A stretch of 64,000 nucleotides of DNA from a bacterium (lineage in GTDB: Bacteria > Patescibacteriota > Patescibacteriia > Patescibacteriales > UBA12465): assembly GCA_035402825.1 (NCBI GenBank), contig DAONDZ010000003.1:4965-68964 (forward strand), read 5' to 3'. Below the pieces are notes generated by a model. It saw nothing but the letters and a program-made list of their open reading frames with translations, had not been told where the DNA came from and made no database searches. This document shows, in pieces, positions 27,014 through 35,200 of the stretch. Position numbers and translations under genes: made by a program. Positions within the stretch are counted from its first letter, which is position 1. The number at the start of each line of letters is the position of its first letter.

Positions 27014-27443
27014 AGCCGGAAGCTTTTTTAATTAATATTGAACTAGCCCTAATCTTTTTTCCCAGTCCGTCCACCATTTTAATACCCAGTTTCTGACAAA
27101 CCGGATACTCGGGGACATCATTAATATTATGGCGATCACCGCCATTAGCAAAAATATCCGGCTTTAATTTAGCCAGAGACTTACAAACCGTCTTATCTTT
27201 ATCAATAGACAAAAACACCCCGTCCACCCCCTTGAGCGCTCCAACAATCTTCAGGCGGTCAGTTTGGCTCATAAAAGGCACTGAACCCTTCAGCTTCACT
27301 TGAGTGTCGTTGTTGACAATAGCTACCAATTTGTCCCCTAATTTGGCCGCCCGGGCAATCATTTCTAAATGCCCGACATGAAGCGGGTTAAAATAGCCGG
27401 AAACAGCCACCACTAGCGGTTTTTTAGAGATATTTTTAGGCAT
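26997..27443 (-). CDS. Cytidylyl/adenylyltransferase-family protein (TagD/RfaE-II-like)
   Basis: VAVSGYFNPLHVGHLEMI carries the HxGH nucleotidyltransferase motif; 148 aa. Confidence 0.75.
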   Translation of the reverse strand: MPKNISKKPLVVAVSGYFNPLHVGHLEMIARAAKLGDKLVAIVNNDTQVKLKGSVPFMSQTDRLKIVGALKGVDGVFLSIDKDKTVCKSLAKLKPDIFANGGDRHNINDVPEYPVCQKLGIKMVDGLGKKIRASSILIKKASGYAQKK

Positions 27444-27498
27444 ATAAACTAAAAAATTAGATAATTAAATAATAGCATAAAATCGGCAAAATTTCTAA

Positions 27499-27526
27499 TC
27501 AAAAACCCCCTGTTTTTAAGGGGGCC
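27499..27526 (-). terminator. Rho-independent terminator after the RNHCP-like gene
   Basis: A ccccc/ggggg stem with a T-run on the minus strand. Confidence 0.5.
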
Positions 27527-27543
27527 AAGAGCATCAAATAATA

Positions 27544-27843
27544 TTAATTGAAACTAATCAGCTTTAACAGCTCCTCCTCATTATCACCCTTATCAGCCTT
27601 GACCCGATGCTCATAGCCGCAGTTTAGACAGCGATAATAAATAGTATAGTTGCCAGATTTAAACTCTGCCCTTTGCGGCTCCATTTCTCCCCGGCATTTC
27701 TCTTCTCTATCTCCGGGGTTTACATCCACATGTCGAGACCACAGACAAAATGGGCAATGGTCAGTATAGCCATTCCCCTGGACTGTTGCTCCGCAATGGG
27801 AACAGACAAAATCTTCAATTGTCCGGGTAAAAAGTTTGGGCAT
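27544..27843 (-). CDS. RNHCP-domain zinc-ribbon protein
   Basis: CSHCG...GYTDHCPFCLWSRHVD...CRG...CLNCG gives four CxxC-type pairs; 99 aa. Confidence 0.7.
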   Translation of the reverse strand: MPKLFTRTIEDFVCSHCGATVQGNGYTDHCPFCLWSRHVDVNPGDREEKCRGEMEPQRAEFKSGNYTIYYRCLNCGYEHRVKADKGDNEEELLKLISFN

Positions 27844-27870
27844 AATTCTATTAAATCATACTTTAAAAAA

Positions 27871-27905
27871 TTAAAAAAGCCTTCGGACCGAAGTCGAAGG
27901 CTTTT
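27871..27905 (-). terminator. Rho-independent terminator after the T9SS-CTD gene
   Basis: A gccttcg/cgaaggc stem extended by A:T pairs, with a 6-T run on the minus strand. Confidence 0.65.
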
Positions 27906-27925
27906 CGCTATTTCAATGTTTTGAG

Positions 27926-29101
27926 CTATTGTTTGATCAATTTTTTGGTGAATAATTGATCATTCAAAGTAGCTTTTAAAAAGTACATGCCAGCCGGCAA
28001 ATTTGACAAGTCAATTACGGTTTTGCCGTCGGTGAAGGTGGGAATCAGGACTTCGTTTCCGGAGATATCAAGAATTTTGGCATTTTCCAATTCTTCATTG
28101 ATATAAACCCGGTCGGAGGTGGGGTTAGGATAGGCGTTAATTTCTTCGCCCACTTCTTCCATTACTCCTGAAACCTGGTCATAAAGGTAAACCGATCCTA
28201 CGCTAACGAAATAGATATGATGCTCATCGGCTACATAAATATTATCAGCAAAAAGCAAACCGGAAACCTGGTGCCAACCGCCCAAATTGGAAAAAATTCC
28301 CCAAGCGGCCGTCATTATAATACTGCCGTTTTCCACTTTCCGAGCGTGGTAAGCACAGCCATATATATCGGGATCAGGTAGGGTAAAAACTTCACCGTAT
28401 GTCTTGGCTGCAGTATTGTAATCCAGAATTCTGTTCCTGGTAATAATGAAAATATTGCCATTATCTTGGGCAATTATTTCTTGGATTATTTCACCAGGCA
28501 ATTCTAATTCCTGATTAAAATCGGTGCCAGAGACTTTGAATAGCCGGCCATTAACCGTAGTATCATCCACGGTATAACCAGACGAGACAAAAACTGATCC
28601 ATTACTTTTGGCCGCCCCGGTAAAATCATTAGGACTGTCGGGGTTGCCATAAATATCAACCCAGCCAGAGCCATCATTGTGAAAAACCCGAGACTTTCCT
28701 ATAATCCAATAATCATTTTCTTCAAAAATAAATGATTTATTGAGCTCTTTAAACGTGTATTGATTGGGTTTAAACCAAGTCCAGCTATCGGTAGATTGAT
28801 TGTACTCATAAATTTCTTCATTAATAGTACCACCAACGCCAACGATGTTGCCCCCAAATTCAGCCATGGCAATGTCATGAGAACCATAGGCCCCAGGAGT
28901 AGAATGAAACGGCCAATAATCAACACCGTCAAACTTGACAAAGCCGACGAGAGAGCCGGTGGCAAAAATAGTATTGCCAACCCCAGCAATAGCGAAGAGA
29001 GCTTTCCCCTGGCTACTATACCAGGTGTCCATTTGGACAAATTGGGCAGAAGATGCGATTGATGCTAAAAGCATCACAAGTACGACAATAAACTTTTTCA
29101 T
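27926..29101 (-). CDS. Secreted beta-propeller-like protein with a T9SS type-A C-terminal sorting domain
   Basis: A signal peptide (MKKFIVVLVMLLASIASSAQ) and a C-terminus (AYPNPTSDRVYI...ILDISGNEV...IDLSNLPAGMYFLKA...TKKLIKQ) matching the Por_Secre_tail pattern. A strong SD (AGGAG) is present. Confidence 0.85.
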   Translation of the reverse strand: MKKFIVVLVMLLASIASSAQFVQMDTWYSSQGKALFAIAGVGNTIFATGSLVGFVKFDGVDYWPFHSTPGAYGSHDIAMAEFGGNIVGVGGTINEEIYEYNQSTDSWTWFKPNQYTFKELNKSFIFEENDYWIIGKSRVFHNDGSGWVDIYGNPDSPNDFTGAAKSNGSVFVSSGYTVDDTTVNGRLFKVSGTDFNQELELPGEIIQEIIAQDNGNIFIITRNRILDYNTAAKTYGEVFTLPDPDIYGCAYHARKVENGSIIMTAAWGIFSNLGGWHQVSGLLFADNIYVADEHHIYFVSVGSVYLYDQVSGVMEEVGEEINAYPNPTSDRVYINEELENAKILDISGNEVLIPTFTDGKTVIDLSNLPAGMYFLKATLNDQLFTKKLIKQ

Positions 29102-29163
29102 TGTTATTTTCTCCTATTTTTAGTGATTTTTTTGTTAAAATACGATCATTTTAAGAACTCTTA

Positions 29164-29192
29164 ATATTAATACATTATTAAATTTTTGTCAA
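29164..29192 (-). promoter_or_regulatory. Near-consensus sigma70 promoter for the T9SS-CTD gene
   Basis: On the minus strand: TTGACA (29192-29187), a 17-nt spacer, then TAATAT (29169-29164). Confidence 0.55.
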
Positions 29193-29213
29193 CTATTCCC
29201 CTAAAAACCTTAG

Positions 29214-32200
29214 TTATTGAGAATTTCCCAAAGAAAAGCTATCGCAAGCGCTAGTTTCGTTTTCGCACTTGTAGAATCCCCAATTATCCCGAACACCAAT
29301 TCTAACTGCTTTCAAATCTCCGGTTACCGTGTTCTGAGGATTATAGAAGTAGACAAAATTAAAGGTTTGAGCCGGATTCGGCTTTTCATCCACCATCGTC
29401 GCTACGCTTATTCTATTTGGCCCCTCGCCCCAATCAACTGATAGTCTGGCAATCGGAACTTGTTCGGGGTCAACGTCAACATTGAAAGATAAAGTATAGA
29501 AGTCGGCTTGTTTAATATTGTAACCGTTACTGGTATGAACCATTTCATTACCCTCGCTATCTCTCAAGTGAACATTGCTAATAGTCGGCTTCACACCGCA
29601 CCAAGCGCCGCCCACTCTAGTATTATTGGTACAAGTGGGGATTCTAGGGGTAGAGCCAGGAACAGCTGGACCGATATTTTCATTTCCGATAGGAAATTGG
29701 CTATAGTCATAAGTAGTACTGCCCCAAGTAAATTTCAAGAATATTCGAGTCAAAGACTGCATGGCCTTGCTAGGAGTGTTGCCAAAATTATCAAACCCAG
29801 TCCAACTTGGAGTCAAGCTCACGCCGAATTGACTATAGTTAGAAGTCGCCGGAACTATCGCTCGGCAATTGCTGATACCGGTATTACCAATCTTATGATT
29901 ATCATCAAAGCAACCAAACGGAGTGCCAGATTGACCGCTGCCTAAAGTAGTGAAAGTGGCGGCGGCATATTTAGCACCGAAGAAATTATTAGCGGTGTCT
30001 ACGGAATAAGCGCTGAAAGGACTCTGGAAGAAAGTCGCCGGAGTAGTGGCATTTAATATTCTGTCCACCCAAGCCAAAGAAGCGGTGACGGTAGAGAGAC
30101 AACGCGGTTTATAGTCGGCCATCTTAATCAAGCAAGCTTTTTGGCTAGTACCATTCACAGTCAACCATTGGGCGTTAGCCATGGAATTACATTCAGCTTC
30201 CGTATAATGACGATCCATTATTCTAACCTCGCCATCACCGGCCACCGGCACACCGTCATATAAGTACCAACCATTTTCAGTGGAGGTTACCGGGGAAAAA
30301 TTGATTGTACCGCAGTTAGAACAGCTGCCGGGACAATTATTGCTGCCCTGACAAGCGGTACAAGCTTGAGAAACATTGATTTCGTAGGTACCACTACCAT
30401 TAGCATGAACGCTATCATTAATAACATTACTAGGTTCAGAGAATAATTTGCCAACTCCGGACGGAACAACAAAAGTAACTTTTCGGCCATAATAATCAGG
30501 CACGCCACCCGACGGACAAATATTGGTGTCGGGTTCATCAATAGCATGTCGACAATGCGCTATGGCGCTATCGTCACTATACCAGTTATAGGCCTTATAT
30601 CCAGGATAAAGCGCTGGATTAGGGGCCGACGGAAAACCTATAACCGGGTCATTTGGATCAAACTGAGGATTATAACCATTATCAAAATTAGAGCAGTGAA
30701 TATCATTAGTAGCCATAACAAAAGCGCCTTGACGATATTCCACAAAGTCAAAGCTGGCGTCCACAATGGCGCAATATTCTGGAGTATCAGCGATACCGGA
30801 AGTAGCCCCGGCATTCTGGCCTTTAACATTATCAATCGGATACCACATCAAGCAGACGCTGGGATTCTTAGAATCATACTCCAAGCAATAGCCATATAGA
30901 CCATTAGAGACGGTGTTTTGGTTCTTGCTCACGCAAGTTAGACTATCTTGTTTCGGATATAGACGGCAGCTCTTAGGCAGATAACGGTTATTATCAACCT
31001 TCAAAACCGGATCCATGTTGATATTATCAAAGAAAGCTTGGCCGCCACCGTTAGCCGACAAAACGAACTTAACATTACTATTGGAAATAGCCGGAAAAGA
31101 GAACTTAATCACCTGGCGTTTCCAACCGTTATTTTCAGAGAAAACGGTGGTGGAAGTGCTAACACCATTACCAATTTCCACTTTAGCGCCTCCGGCTGCC
31201 GCGTTGGAGTTAACCATGAGACTGAGGAAATAATCCTTATTAGGACTGGCCTTAAAGCCGGCATCAATAGTAACCGGGCCGGAAGCGGATAAGAATCCTT
31301 GGCCATCAGCCGGATAAGAAACATTCTTATTTAAGATTGCCCCATCTTCGGAGTCTAAAATTACTTTATTTAAACTATTATTCAATCCGGTAACGCCAGT
31401 GTTGGTTAGGGTTTCAAAATCCCAGGCGCCGGTAACGCCACCGCCCACCTCATACATATTGGCCAAGTAATAATAACCGAGCTTAGAATAGCCGGCCGTA
31501 TTCTTGTCTTCGCCGGAAGCAAAATTGTGGGCTTGGGCCGGACGATTAACAAAGTTTTCGCATTTACCAGTGTCAGATAGCTTATCGCACTCTCCTAAAG
31601 CATAGCAGGTCTCTTCGTTGGTTACCGGATCAATAGACTTGCTCATACAAGACAACCATTTATTACAAACTCGGTCCGGCTTAACCTTCACCAAGACATT
31701 GCTATCACAATTATTCAAATTCGGATCACAGCTTTCTGCTGAACCGCTGTTATAGGAATTAGTATAAGCATTCCAATTAAGCGCAGTCAGACCGGAGAAA
31801 CCGCTCACCTTTCTTTCGTTGAACATAATACAACCAGAATCAAAGCTCGGAGCGCCGTTGCAAGTTTCCTTGTCCACTTCACCGGACAATTGATAACCAA
31901 TTTGGGTGGCGCGGATATTAATCACCTTGCCATTTCCAGCTCCACCGACGGTACAGCTGGTATTATCCATGGAGTTAATCAACAGATTAGCCTTGGTGGT
32001 GGTAGCGGTGAAAGTCACCACATTTTGACCGGTGCCAAAAATATTATTATTGGCCAATATTCTAACTTGGCCCGGACAGCTCAAAACAGTCGGTTTGGTA
32101 TTAGAGCCGTTTACGGAGAAAGAATATAATTTATTTTTCTGAAGGAAAATATTCTGGGTCTGCAAAGCAGTGCCGGCGATAGTAGAAGTCGCCCAGCTAT

Positions 32201-35200
32201 CACCCGGAATATTATCTTTGTTGGTGTCTCCCCAATTCGGATTGACGATGATGTTCGGCGAGAATTCGCTGGACGGATCAATATATTCACTACAACCGGA
32301 AGAAACCGCGCTACAAGTGCCGACCATGCCTTGCGGCTGATAGACCCTGTTCCCTGCACCGCCGAAACCGATGGTCTTCAAACCGTCCACCGGGCAAAGA
32401 TAATCGTTCTCATCTAAAATACAAGTACCGACTGAGCCGCCAGCGGCGCAATCGCTGTTACTGGCGCAAAGACGATTAATAGATTCAGTCACAATGCCCG
32501 ATTGGCTGACGCTGATCTTGCCATCATTATTCATATCGCAGCGCTTAATCGGCTTCTTGTACCAACGCTTCGGCAAGTTCATGCCGGTGGCCTGTTTCGG
32601 TTCTCGCCATTCACAGACATTTTCGCCCGGATCACGGAAATAACTGACTTGGCCATCAGCGCTAGTCCAAAGGTCGCAGCCTACTTCACCGCTGCGGCAT
32701 AAGGTCTCATAATATTTATCCGGATTGTTCTTAACATAAACATCGGAATATAGATTTTGAGTAGCGACATCCGGATTATAATTTTTCTGAACGCCTAATC
32801 GGCTGCAACCCTTATCGGTGTTGCTGCAGCTCTTAGCCGGATCAACAATGGCATAAATCATCTGATCGGCCGCTACCGAAACGCAATCGGCGCCGTCGGT
32901 ACCGTCGCAAACATTATTAACCGGAGTATTTTCATTAAAGGCCGTAGCTTGATAATCAGCCGAATTCTTAGTATCCACTAGTAGTTCGCAACCCACCGAT
33001 TGCTCGCCGCATAATTTGCTGAAATGGCGCAAATTATGGGTGGTGCTATTGCGGTCGGTATAACTGGCGCAACCCAAGTTATAGTTGGCGCCGCGATAAA
33101 CATTGAAGACATCATAATAACAAGCATCGGGGGTCTGCCAGCTATCCTGAATCAAATAATAGCGATTGGTAATTTCGGTGATAATTAGATTATCAAACCA
33201 GAAGTTGCCATTAGCGGAAAAAACAATACTTTCATCAGCCGTCGGCAGATGGTCCAAATTATCCAAGTTGGCTTGATAGAACTGCCACTGGCCATTGCCG
33301 GAAATATTAATATCGGAATTATTTTGGTTAGTGACATTAAGAGCCTGAGCTTCGCTGCCATTGGTAAACTTAATTTTCAAAATCGTATTCTGGTTAGCTT
33401 TAGCCACGAATTTCACGGTATAGGATCCGCCCTGTTTTAACCCCGGAATCTTTTTGGCTACGCCATAATTAGGCAATGGGTCTTGAGCCCAAGCTACCGG
33501 AGCGATGCGATTCCACAGATTTTTCAAAGCGACCTTAACTTTATTATCAACCTTAGCGGAAATCTGCGGCATGATATTGAAATTACAGCTCTGACCGCCA
33601 CGATTATATTTTAAAGAATGTCCATTCTTATTCAAAGCATCAGTATCAACGCTGGAGCTATCCTGGCACAATCCAGTCCAGCCATCGTTTGCTCCTTCAA
33701 AGCTGAAAATAGAAATGTTTCTGACATTATTGCCATAATTACCATTATATTCCCGGCAACCATTTTCAGAAGCTGCACAGCTCTGGCCTTCGCCCGGAAT
33801 AGCTTGATAGATACAAGCGCTTTGGTTAGTATCCCAAGTTCCGCCGCTCGGACAATTCTGATCGCTAGGGCTATTGCTCAAACGATAAGGATGACAATTA
33901 TCAGAACAAGAAACGGTATTGGAATAAAGATGATAAGAAACCTCACCGGCCTTATTATAGAATTGGCGACAATCCGGATTATAGGACGGATGGGTCGGCG
34001 GCAAATTAAAGATCGCCGCATTACAGGAAGTACTATCATCGCTTAAAACATAGGGTTCATCTAAAACCGCTTTTAAGGTATAGGCCACTAATTGATAGCC
34101 GCCGCTACCCGGGTTGCCCCAACTATAGAAGACGCCGCATTGATGGGTATCCGGTTTAATACATTGGCGCAAAGAAACATGATATTCTTTAGCTTCTCCG
34201 CCCTGAGCTAGTTCGTCTAGGTTGGTAAACTCACTACAACCGACAGCGGTGGCGCTACACTTAGTAGCGGTCTTCGGAATAAAGTTAGCCGCTACCTTAT
34301 CGGTAAAATTAGTTTCCTTTTGGATGTAGCTGTCATAACCGACGCATTGGGCGGCACAATAATCGCTAGCCGCAGCCTTGGCGGCGACTTTAAAATTATC
34401 GCTGGAAGTAAATAGATCGCAACCCACTTCGCTAGCATTACATTTTCGGGCAAAGTTTTGACAAATCTCCGGAGCACCGGGTTTCAAAGAAAAATCTTTA
34501 GTGCCGGAAAAAGGATTAACATAGCAGAAAGATTCCAAATAATTCGGAATCAATTTTTGATAAATTAAATTGTTGGTACCGTAATCGCTATAACTAGTTC
34601 CAGCGGTTCCCAATTCTAATTTCATCTGATCAACCACGCAAGTGTTGGAATCAACGGCGATATGGACTTGGTTGGTGTTAACATTGTCCGGGAAAATAAA
34701 AGTAGAGCTGTAATAATTCCAATCAGTAGAAGTAGACAAAGGCTTAGTGGTGTCATTGCCGGCACCGCCTAAGATAAATTGATTGCCGGCTGAACAATTC
34801 TTAGCATAGAAAGAGAAAGTATAAGCCTGGCCAGCGACATTATAATCAGTGGGGCCGACAGAAATATTCCGACTTAGCAGTGCATTTAATTGCAGGCCAT
34901 TATTGCTAAAATAACCGTTCGGGGTCTGGCTAACACCGGCGCCATTCCAGCCGCCGCGGTCTAATCCAGCTTCAAAATCACTGTTAATTAAAATGTTATG
35001 ACCCAAATTAGATTTAACTTTAATAAACTCCTGGCAGCTTTCAGTGCTGGCGTCGCAAGTTTCTACCTTGCTGTTAAAATAAATCTGCTGCGACGGATTC
35101 CAGCTTAAGTAATTAGTGGAGCTGGCATAAGCACCAGTCAAAGCATAAGGCTTACAGCCCACATTATCACTGGTACAAGTAGAATAATCTAAAGTATTTT

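Noticed and set aside
27926-29101. The T9SS-CTD gene as simple contig contamination or chimerism.
   Set aside because: By eye, base composition does not change sharply at either junction, and the gene is flanked on both sides by continuous sequence with ordinary intergenic signals. Chimerism cannot be excluded without read mapping, so this is kept as a finding with that caveat.
29508-34046. Several + strand ORFs (for example 29508..29945, 30546..30899, 33618..34046) inside the giant gene.
   Set aside because: All are antisense to one continuous 7.8-kb ORF and are Ile/Arg/Ser-rich shadow translations with no start or RBS context.
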